DNA of 64,000 nucleotides, counting the filler, from Basidiobolus ranarum (lineage: Eukaryota), in NCBI GenBank assembly GCA_040143965.1. It is 13 parts of 13 records of this genome, joined end to end, with 100 filler letters (N's around TTAATTAATTAA, not from the genome) between each part and the next. Parts side by side here need not be neighbours in the genome. Positions count along the whole stretch, not along the records: positions 49,471 to 54,300 come from JASJQH010008690.1; positions 54,401 to 59,227 come from JASJQH010008691.1; positions 59,328 to 64,000 come from JASJQH010008744.1; 10 more parts are not named here. One strand, 5' to 3'. Positions 54,086 through 64,000 of this stretch are shown here, in pieces; position 1 is the first letter of the stretch; each line of letters starts with the position of its first letter. The notes under the pieces were generated by a model, which did not search any database, was not told the DNA's origin, and was given only the letters and a program-made list of their open reading frames with translations. A program made the position numbers and the translations under genes.

Positions 54086-54400
54086 GGGGATTGTGACAAA
54101 ATGGGGGTAGACTTAGTATATTAGAGGCAACTTATGATAGTGTTTTAGTTACTGTTGGAGGATCTTGACATAATGGGGGTAGACTTTGTGTATTAGAAGC
54201 AACTTATGATAGTGTGTTTTAGTTACTTGATTCTTAAGAGTATATGGTGACTTATATAGTAGAAAAGTAAATCAATTGTTTGAGATATTCAGGAGTTTGT
54301 NNNNNNNNNNNNNNNNNNNNNNNNNNNNNNNNNNNNNNNNNNNNTTAATTAATTAANNNNNNNNNNNNNNNNNNNNNNNNNNNNNNNNNNNNNNNNNNNN

Positions 54401-55149
54401 GCGGTAGTAATATTATCACGCACAGGTTGACCGGAGTGGATCATGAAACCGTCAGCGAATTTCATGGCCTTGGCACGAGCAGCACGAAGCTTGCCAGAGA
54501 TGACAACTTCGCAACCCTTGGCTCCAGATTCCATAGCGAAACGAAGAACCGAGTAGGCAGCACGACGAACAGCGAGACCAGCAATCAACTTGTAACGAAC
54601 AGATTCGCATTGAGCAATAGCGCATAGACCGCGGTTAGCAACACGCTCAGCATAGAGCTCAACAGTGTTTTCGGGGAAGTTGAAACGCTTTTGAACGACG
54701 GAAGTCAATTCACGAATACGACGACCCTTCTCACCAAGAACATCTTGTGTACGAGTGGCACGGATAATGATTTCGGTACGGGCAGGGGTCACGCGAACTT
54801 CAACGCCAGCGTAACCTTCCTCAGCGAGTTCGCGAGTGAAGAATTCATTAAGCTCGGCGTAGAAAACGCCATCGGCAACGAACTATAGCAAAAACAGAAT
54901 ATGGTTAAGACCGAACGCTTAAATGAGAACCCATTATTACAGTGGCTAAGTAGCCAAAAACCACATTTCGCTTGAATAGTTACTAGCTATCCATTGACAA
55001 GAATTATACATCCATCCTTAATTATATATACTACGCGAGTGTAAAATAGCCTCGCAACACCAACTAACGGCGTGTGGTATTGATGCCAAAGGCAAGAATG
55101 TAATTACAAAAATCGTTACCTTTCTCTTCTTGGAGATTTGAGCAGCCAT
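54401..55149 (-). CDS. RPS3: 40S ribosomal protein S3 (uS3), 3' truncated; exon 1 55120-55149, exon 2 54401-54882
   Basis: [10 protein letters not shown] / [19 protein letters not shown]...[13 protein letters not shown]...[19 protein letters not shown], with a 237-nt intron at 54883-55119. Confidence 0.98.
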
Positions 55150-57084
55150 GTTCGATGTAAGAGGAAGACCCCTAAAGATCATTTTTTACTATTATAGTCC
55201 CTCCAGAAAAAATGGGGACCCTTTGGATGGCACTCAAATAAATTTTGCGATCTTGGTAAATCACCGATTTCGGGAACTTCATATATCAAACTAAAATCAT
55301 GGATCAACTATTTGACGATATACTTACGCATCTTAAGGATACTTAAACAACTTGACTAGCCAGGGAATCGGATGGATGAAGCCCGTAAGTGTCCATGTCA
55401 TTAGTGTTAGGACACCCACACTCTGGAAGACTACGGGCTAGGCGCTCGTGTATAACCACCATTGCAGCACTCGTAATCACCAGAGTATCTGATATGCGGA
55501 CTCATAGGCAATGTTAATATTTGCTTAATCTAGAAAGCTCACAGACATAAAATGCAAGCACCTAGATCAAAGGTAGGTTTGACGAAATCAGATTCCGAAT
55601 ATTGGTACATCTCTCAATCAGTATAATAATAATACCTAATACTGGCATCCAGGTTTAGCGCACTCGTTCTGCCATGGCAATTAGCCATAAATCAGGACAA
55701 TCACTCTAGGAACTTAAACATATCTACAGAATCAAGCTAATGCTAGACTGATTTAGGGAGATGAGACTTGAGAAATTCACAGCATGATGCAAGATGAAGC
55801 ATCGAGCACATCCCCCAGGTGCCTTATTGTAGGCTATTGCTAATTAGGTCCATTGGCGACTGATCACAGCATACTGGTCAACATGGCTGCATAACCGGTG
55901 GCCACTATGCGCTGATACTTAGCCCCCTTATGCCCTTCCTGAAACCATGTAACCCTATACATCTCACCAGAAGAAATACCAACCTGTCGCGACAATACAA
56001 ATTTACAGTGTGCTACGTGCATTGGAAATAGCTCAAGTGACACAGAGAATCACATCAATCTCAAGGAGATCGGCCAATCTCTGGTTGCTTGGGCTGGCTC
56101 CTCATCCGTCGATGACCATTAATGGGTCAAGGAGATTGGAGCAGTTACTTCTACACAGCGCAATTCCCGGGTTAAGGTTTTTAACTCATCTGAACATTAA
56201 ATATAGTGCAGATAAGAATAGGCGCAAATGATACCCGCCCACCTGTCGGAGTATTTCCAATTAGAAAATCCCTCGGATAATCTGACATCCTGTGACAAAT
56301 GGAGCTTTCACGATCTATGGTCAGATATCTCGCCAATAAGTAGGCGGCACTCTCAGCTTCAAGTATCGCTACTTGAGAACCGTCGATGGTTTCCTCACTC
56401 TTCCATGATTTAGCCATAATTAGGTTTCATGCATGTAGCTCGGATCTGGTCCTTCAGTATTGCGACGTTAAAAAGTGAGAACAAAAGCCTCTACGGAGTT
56501 GTCGTCGTGCTGGGATGAGCAGGTGCGCAGGTATTGGGGTCTAAAAATAATCCACCCATATATAAATAGTGCTGAGCCGGATAATCATGGGATTGTTGTT
56601 TGAAGCACATTGAACAGTTTTGATGGTGCATTAGATGATGATGCATTAGGCTGAATTGAGGCCACAAACGCTGACTATTAATAGAATTTCTTGAACATCG
56701 TTAATGAGGTGGATCGGTCACTTCTTTAACGAGAAGCTACAATAAAACAAAGGAAATGCTATATGAATATGTTATAAGGGCACCCACATATTTTCAACCT
56801 CAACTACTCAATCTGTTGGGCTGGTTTTGGTAGCATCTATTTTTATCCGTAGCTCAACACCAGTTGTGCCTACTATTTAATCTTCGAGTGTTAGCCAGAT
56901 CTCCATAGCTTTGATTCTTTAACTGTTACTTACGCGACGAGCCCTTTGATCCTACATATCTCTAACTATATCTTTTGATATCTACCTCTTTCCGTTAATC
57001 CCATTAGTGAAATAGTAAATAGCGCGTGACATATCATTAGTTAACCAAAAGGGCATTTTATAGTTGTATTTACCCTTGAAAGGT

Positions 57085-57891
57085 ATGGCTGTAATGCTTC
57101 CTCAATCAATATCCCGTTCATTCTCGAAAGCTACAAGAAGTCCACTACGACTTGACATCAAAAAACGTCATTGTAAGCCTCTTTCCTTGGTGATACCTCA
57201 ACCTTCTTCGCCGTTATCGGCGCCCCCCCTTTCAAATAATTCACCTACTCTTATTACTCCAATAAGTGTTGCCTCACTTTTAACCCACACTCTAAATCCT
57301 CAAGAGCCCGCTAGCCCGCTTCAAGAAAGTACCTATCAAGCTGGCCCTATCTGTATACTACCAAACCTTTATTTGGGTTCTGAACAGAATGCTCAAGATA
57401 AAGATAAACTGGGGCAGAGTAACATTCACTTTATTTTGAATGTAGCCCAAGAAGTTGATTCCCCTTTTTTCACTGAGGGTGAGACGGAGGCAGAATCGAA
57501 CATCTCGCTGACACCTGGCTCCACACCACATGCTCTTAAATACAAGAAAGTTAACTGGTCACACAATCAAGAAAGACTAAGTAAAGATTTTTCCGAGCTG
57601 TTTGCTTTTATTGACCAGGCTCGTATAACAGGCTCTGGTGTTCTGGTACACTGTCAATGTGGAATATCACGTTCTGCTAGTCTAGTTATTGCATATGTTA
57701 TGCGCACCTTACACCTTTCTTTGAACCAAGCATACGCGTTTGTTAAGGTGCGTAGCCCTTCTATTTCGCCCAACCTGTCGTTGGTGTATCAGTTAATCGA
57801 GCTAGAATCTTCGCTCAATCTGGATGGGCCTTCCGACTTCTCTGATTCGGGTTCCTCAAGTTCTAGTGCAGTAAGTTCACCCTCCACTTGA
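57085..57891 (+). CDS. Dual-specificity (MAPK) protein phosphatase, Pmp1/Msg5-like, 268 aa
   Basis: GPICILPNLYLGS, VLVHCQCGISRSASLVIAYVM (HCxxGxSRS) and SPNL. N-terminal KKRHCKPLSLVIP resembles a MAPK docking motif. Confidence 0.92.
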   Translation: MAVMLPQSISRSFSKATRSPLRLDIKKRHCKPLSLVIPQPSSPLSAPPLSNNSPTLITPISVASLLTHTLNPQEPASPLQESTYQAGPICILPNLYLGSEQNAQDKDKLGQSNIHFILNVAQEVDSPFFTEGETEAESNISLTPGSTPHALKYKKVNWSHNQERLSKDFSELFAFIDQARITGSGVLVHCQCGISRSASLVIAYVMRTLHLSLNQAYAFVKVRSPSISPNLSLVYQLIELESSLNLDGPSDFSDSGSSSSSAVSSPST

Positions 57892-57976
57892 ACAGTAACG
57901 TAATTTTATTTCATTGAATATATTTTTTTTGGGGACGAGTGGGCTGTGTAATGGGTAATAACCCACTTTTCCAATG

Positions 57977-58140
57977 TACAGTATTTTAATCTAAGATGAG
58001 ACGAATTAAAAAATCAATTAGACATTTCATAAAATAAATGGGACGATCGCAAAATATTGGAGAGAAGTGAACAAAAAAAATTAGACGATGGCAATTCTTT
58101 TTGTAGACACATGGCAAAAGACAAAGTGGACGAAAACATT
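57977..58140 (-). mobile_element. Putative Tc1/mariner-type transposon end downstream of the Fanzor
   Basis: TA + CAGTATTTTAATC at 57977-57991, and five related TCGTC(Y)-type subterminal motifs on the minus strand at ~58004, 58025, 58046, 58087 and 58132. Confidence 0.55.
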
Positions 58141-58188
58141 TTATTGTTAAAAGATTTACTCTGTATCTAAAGTTTGGTGTTGCGATAA

Positions 58189-59227
58189 CTACACAGGATG
58201 GTTTGCTTTTTTCGTTGGTCAACTGCTGCTAACTGACGAGATACCCATTCTTTTATACCCGGTGGAGAGAGGTTCCTTCAATCTGCACAAACGCTCTAGC
58301 CTTTCCCCAGTTGAGCGCAAGTTAAAAAGGATATGTCTAAAGTTTAAAGTAGCAGCCAAGTCATGATTCCAAAGACGAGGAAGATAAACTTCAGTAGTTG
58401 CCTCAGTAGCATTGGTTACAACCTTTGAGCATTGTTGGTTTTTGCACCTGAGCAGAAATTATGCTTTAATCTGGAATTTTTTACCTAAATTTTTTACTTG
58501 CATCCAAAAAGCGTTTACCCTAAAGTGCCGTGACGATATACAATAGGATACTTTTCTCTTTTGTACGGTCTAGGTTTTTCTACTTTTCCGGTTCATCGTT
58601 CTGGCAAGTAGGGCACAGACTTGAAGTCTTAAACTCGTCAAGGAGGTATAGCTGGAGGCCTTCTTTGGCTAGCATTCTTCTCCTTCCGACGCCTTTATTG
58701 GACTCCTGATACTTTACATTTCCAGTCGACCAGTTACCAACTATTAGTATAGTATCCTTCCCAGACTTTTCTCGAAGATTCTTGGCAAGCCATTTCTGAA
58801 TGTAGTTGGTTAATGAAACTTGAGAGCTTCATTTTTCTAAAAGGTAACAAACTACTGGTGCGCCGATCTTCTCCTGTGGGGCGATCTTCATTTGAATAAT
58901 ATGCTCTCATGACCAGAGTGACTTTGGCTTTTCCTTAAAGATACTCGGCAAACTTGTCTTTGTTGGCAGTTGAAGATTTAAAATCTGATAGGGAAAGCTC
59001 AGTTGTGATGACTTGGTCTGTCTTTAAGTTCTCTCTGAATTTCTGCATTTTGTTTCAACCGCTTTTTGGTTGCTTGTATATCGGTAAACCATTTTGTTTT
59101 CAGCGGTACTTTCTTCGTGCATACAGTACAGCAACTCGCGACATCCAGGATCAATTAGCACACATTTGCCAACACCGGCCAACATCTCTTCTCTTCTCAG
59201 CTTCTCCACATACTTAAACTCCTCTTC
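58189..59227 (-). pseudogene. Fanzor (eukaryotic TnpB-like RuvC RNA-guided nuclease), C-terminal portion, frameshifted
   Basis: CVLIDPG (RuvC-I D, 59150-59152), LPFRKMKLSSFINQ, ILIVGNWS, YLLDEFKTSSLCPTC (E, 58634-58636), HGTLG/CKNQQC zinc finger split by an intron at 58448-58518, and LWNHDLAATLNFRHI (RuvC-III D, 58360-58362). Confidence 0.88.
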
Positions 59228-59429
59228 NNNNNNNNNNNNNNNNNNNNNNNNNNNNNNNNNNNNNNNNNNNNTTAATTAATTAANNNNNNNNNNNNNNNNN
59301 NNNNNNNNNNNNNNNNNNNNNNNNNNNGTCTTATTTTAAAACCTTAATTCGAATCTAACTTAGAACTCTCTCACAGACCCAATTTAAAACTTTCTAAATT
59401 TATTTCGCAAAATATTATCTAGCCGGCGT

Positions 59430-62400
59430 CCATATGAAAATCAATATTTTAACATGTATGAATACTATCAGAATACCATCAAGAAGCCACTGTCACACCA
59501 TCAAATTTCCTGGCAGAAGGCAAGCCACCAGTATTGTGATGGTTCTCTGATGGTTTTGCAAATTAGAAGGGCGGTGGATCCAATCCAGATCAAGTTGATT
59601 TTATTTTTGTGAGGGTTTTTGGAGCCTGAGGGACATTTCATAGCTGCAAAAACAGTCCAATCTGCATCATTGTGCTGAGTATTAGATCTCCTTACTTTGT
59701 CATTGAAAAGCTCAGTACAAACATATTCCATCATTAATGGCACTGATGTGGCTTCTAGGGCAATTATCAGGTTCCCAAACTTTTCTGACAGCCTCCCTAG
59801 TAGTATCTTAAGCAAGTGCGGTGGGGATTTGGATGAGGTTTTAACAAGATTTGGTTTTGCATATTAGACAGTTAAGTTTTATTGAATTGAAAATGGCCTC
59901 TTCAGAGTTTACTTTGAAATAGGAGCATTGGACATGCTTTGCTTATAACAAACTTACCTGTAGAGCATGGGTGGAGATTTGAGGTGATTTTGAGAAGTTT
60001 TGTGTAAATATTGAAAATTGGTAACACTGTTCTTGTTGATATTGCCATCAATTAGAGCAATAAACAAATGTTTTAGAATGGAAAATTGATTTCTAAATAA
60101 TCAGAAAGTGAATTAACATACTACTCAGTAATCAGTAGCTGTTTACCTAATTTCAGCATTAGTAAGTACTAAGAAAGACTCAGAAATGTCATATATTAAT
60201 TCAGTAGCTGCCCAGAAAATGTCAAACAAGACATGGAAGATTGTGCTGCATTGGGGAACAAAACCTGGCACAATTGATGCAATATCAGCATGTTTCAGGC
60301 TTAGAAACTGAAAAAACCACCAGGTTGAATTTGTGTTAAGATTTCATGTATGTAAAATATCAACAACAGCAGTTTACAAGCTTTGAAGCAATTAAATCCA
60401 CTCAGAATCTTGCCCTGATTCATTCTGAGCTCTGTGGGCTCATGAAAGACCTCTCACTAAGTGGCAATAGGTACTTTAAAGCCATGCTTGATGACAAAAC
60501 AAGACATGCTTGGGTATTCATTCTGAAATTAAATTGGGATCCTTTTCTAATTTCAAGCACTACTAAGCAATGTTAGAGACACAATCAGCAAAAATTATAT
60601 GGATACTAAAGAGTACTAATGGTGGAGATAACTGTGCTAAAGACTTTGCTAGTTCTTGTTCTCAACATGGAATTAAGAAACAAACTACTGCATCTTATGC
60701 TCCACAGCAAAATGGAGTTGTAGCATGTACTATTAAGACAATAGTTGAGATGGCTAGCTCAAGATTCTGGCTGTATGTGAGCATGATTCAATGGATGTCT
60801 TTGCCCCATTTTCATCTGAGGATGATTGAGGACCCAGAAGAGCATCCAGAAGGAGGAATAAGCCAGTAACTGGTAGAACACTTCCCTTGCTGATGTCCAT
60901 GCTCATGCCCCAGACTTTAGATCAAGCTTTGGAGTGTTGAGAGTCAAAATTATGGGTAAAAGCAAAGTCTGATAAGTCTTCTTTGGTTTGGAACACTAAA
61001 ATGTCAATTATAGTGTTCTCTACCATGAGGGAGAAAGCAAATAGGTTGCAAATTACTCTACAAAGTCATAAACCAAGCTGATGGAATCAAAGAAGCTTCA
61101 ATGCAAGACTAGTTACAAAAGCTTTATGAAATATTTGCTCCAGTAGCCAGGTTAGGCTCCATTGGATCAATCTTTGCATTCTTAGCCATCCATACCCTTG
61201 ATTTAGGGAAATCTAGGTCAGGTTTTGGAATACCCTAGCACTCCTGATGAACAAAATTTTGAAGGCTACAGTGATACAGACTGGGCAAGAAACCTTGATG
61301 ATAGAGTAGTAACAACTGTGTACACTTTTCCAATGGTAATGGGGCCATAACTTGGAATAGTAAGAAGCAACCAGCAGTAGCACTTTCCACTTCAGAGGCA
61401 GAGTAAATGGCTGCATCTGCTACTACACAAGAGGCTCTGTGATTAAGAAAGTTATTTACAGACTTAAGTTACATGCAAAAATGTGCTATTACTTTATTTG
61501 AGGATGATCAAAGCTGTATTTCATTATCTAAAGCCCTTCATTGTATGCTTGAACAAATCACATCAATATTATGAATCATTTTTTAGAGAAGCAACAGAGA
61601 ATGATGTAGTTGAACTTGTCTATTGAACTATGGAAGAAATAATTGCTGACATTTTAACCTCACCTTTTGCTAAAGCACCATTAAAATTATTAAGATACAA
61701 GTTAGTTTTAACAGAAATGCAAAATAAATAGTTGAGTGAGAATGTTGATATTAGGTGAATATCAGCTCATTATTCAGTAGTTTGCTATTCATATTTTTAT
61801 TATTTTTAACTTTTTTGTGCCATCAGAAATGTGTGTTTCTTGCTCCAATTGATAGAAATGGCAATAAGATCACTTTTACCATTTTTAGAACATCTCCAAC
61901 TCACCTGATATTTACACCCATGCTTAACAGGCATTTTGTTATTATATAAACACATCCAATAGTTCTATTTTATAGTAAACTAAAAGTAGAACCTATGCAA
62001 TTCAATACACTTAAGTGTACAATTCACAAATCCAAATCTTGTCTAATACACTTCCAATCCCCTAGACACTTTTATCCTATATATATGTCTCAATAGATAG
62101 TCTTTGTGATGCAGACAAAATGTAAAGGGTGCTTTTCTCTGCTTCTTGTGCAAGGCAAGGATAGTTGCTGGTGGTTCCTTTGGCTCTATTTCTTCTCATG
62201 TAGCCAATCCCCAAAGGTCCTTGTCTACTAGCACCATTGGCATCTTGAAATTCCAAAAGTCAAAGTCTTCACCATCAAACTTCTGTGTGGATGCAAAAAC
62301 ATTGGTAACAGTACTGGTAGACATTCCTTTAATAGCTAGCTTGGGGCTCATAACCCAAAAAAAGTGTTTAGGGGATTTGGAAGTGATTTGGACAAGATCA

Positions 62401-63677
62401 TGATTGCTATATCAGACACTTGAGTTTTATTGCATTAAAAGGTCCTATTTCTAGTCTACTATGTAATAGGACTATTAGGTGTGGTTAGATCATAATTAAC
62501 ATACATGTAAAGCATGGGTGTAAACTTGAAACAATATGGACAGGTTTTGAACAAAAAGAGAAAATTAGTAAAAATGATCTAATTGATATTTTGATTGATT
62601 AGAGCAATAAACACACATTTTTGAATGGCAGAATTAAGTGCGAAATAATCAAAATATGAATAAACTAGCTACTAAACAATGAGTTTCTATTTATCTAATT
62701 TTAATATTCCCACTGAACTAATTGTTATGTATTTCTCTTAGAACCAACTCTTTGTGTATTTCCCTTAAAGCTAACTTAGGATTTTCAGACTCTTGAAAAT
62801 TACTGTGGATCTGTGCTTAAAATAAACCTGTTCTGGATGAAAGTTTGATTTAATGATTTATTCAGAGGCAAATTGGGAGAGAGATATTGAAGATAGGAGA
62901 TCTGCAACAAGTAACTTATTTCTTTGCTGTAATGGAGCTATCTCTTAAAATTCCAAGTAAAAACCTACAATTGCATTTTGAAAAAAAGAAATAGAATACA
63001 TGACAGCATGTACAGCTACAAATAAGTAATAAAGCTAAGAGAACTCTCAATAGATTTGGTCTATTCTCAAAATTCACCAACACAATACTTGACAAAAATC
63101 AAAGTTGTTTCAATTTAGCTAGAAGTCACACATTTCATGGTAGAAGCAGACATATGGATATTAGGCATCATTTCATTAGAAAGACTATTTAGAATATGTT
63201 TATTGACAAAATGCATTGTTCTATTGAAGACATGATTTCCAATATATAAAACAAACTATTAGCTAGACAGAAATTTGAGAAATTTGGATCTTCCTTAGGA
63301 TTTGTTTATGTGACTGCTTAGTTAAGGAAGAGTGTTGGAATTAGCATTGCTTGAAATTCTATATAGCCTTATATAGCCTAACACTTGGTAATCTTATATT
63401 GCACCATGATATTACCCATTGTACCGAATTGAAATTTTCTTAGAATATTTGACCAACTCAGAGGTTCCCAGATACATAGATTTTTCAAACTTGTGCTAGA
63501 AGTCTCAAACTTTGCACATATGTTTCTGCAACCCTCCTTAACAAATTCTACATGTTGGTTTGTATATATCTTGACAAAACTGTAATATCAACTTTCATTC
63601 AATTAATCAATGAGTGAAAACTACCAATTTCTCTAATTCACCAAACCACTTCCAACAGGCCCACAAATACTTGAACT
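59430..63677. mobile_element. Nested cluster of decayed copia pieces (families A and B)
   Basis: Gag fragment (-) 59501-59815; LTR B (-) to ~60158; integrase, RT and RNaseH (+) ~60300-61730; PPT and LTR B 61743-62077; gag, PBS and LTR B (-) 62100-62706; family A RNaseH, PPT and LTR 62790-63677. Confidence 0.88.
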
Positions 63678-64000
63678 CATATCTCCTACCTAAGGCATCA
63701 TGAGTAAATTGAAGCTACTGAAGAAGAACCGCTGGAACATTCCATGGATTACTAATCTTATGATTTATGTTGATATCATAACCCCAGATCCCCACCCATA
63801 GAATACTCTGGAACTTTCCAGAAATTGTTATAGTGATCATTTTTACCTTCAGAAAAGTATATATAGGAGCCATATCTTTTCAAATAAAAATCACCCTGGT
63901 TTTCAACTTACAATTACTACTTGTGATCACCCTTTATTTTCATCACCACTTACAAGACCTTTGAAGAGGAAGCTCAAGAGAGACTACTAGAGGCAGTTAC

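Noticed and set aside
53057-54225. 19-bp tandem duplication (~53058-53095) and ~72-bp-period duplication (~54101-54225)
   Set aside because: Two-copy local duplications with no spacer array, so not CRISPR-like.
55200-57000. Short ORFs between RPS3 and the phosphatase
   Set aside because: No recognisable domains or consistent exon structure.
4863-59327. Regularly spaced TTAATTAATTAA repeats every ~4.9 kb, and ORFs containing X runs
   Set aside because: These are artificial contig linkers, not biology. Cross-linker neighbourhoods (e.g. hydrolase next to PUT1, Fanzor next to the copia cluster) are meaningless.

Overview
This is eukaryotic DNA from an early-diverging fungus. Basidiobolus or another Zoopagomycota/Mucoromycota lineage is my inference from the ~60-nt GT-AG introns, the fungal genes and the bacterial-type NRPS relic. 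The window is not one locus: it is 13 unrelated ~4.83-4.86 kb contigs, sorted by decreasing length and joined by artificial 100-nt N44-TTAATTAATTAA-N44 linkers, so only within-contig adjacency is meaningful. Complete host genes: NCR1/NPC1, a 1029-aa tail-anchored coiled-coil protein with a KASH-like end, a trihelix Myb/SANT factor, a DUF726 (Mil1/TMCO4-like) hydrolase with a 9-nt microexon, a dual-specificity MAPK phosphatase and a secreted Ser/Thr-rich protein. Partial genes: RPS3, PUT1, a DEK_C chitin synthase tail and a bacterial-type alpha/beta hydrolase. Much of the rest is CpG-eroded Ty1/copia and Ty3/gypsy debris. The most notable item is largely missed by the ORF track: a decayed, intron-containing Fanzor (eukaryotic TnpB-like RNA-guided RuvC nuclease) at 58189-59227 (-), followed by a Tc1/mariner-like end where an omegaRNA/guide would be expected. 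Also notable are a contig-scale fold-back structure holding an HSF gene split across opposite strands, and a dual E/C-domain NRPS relic of bacterial type.
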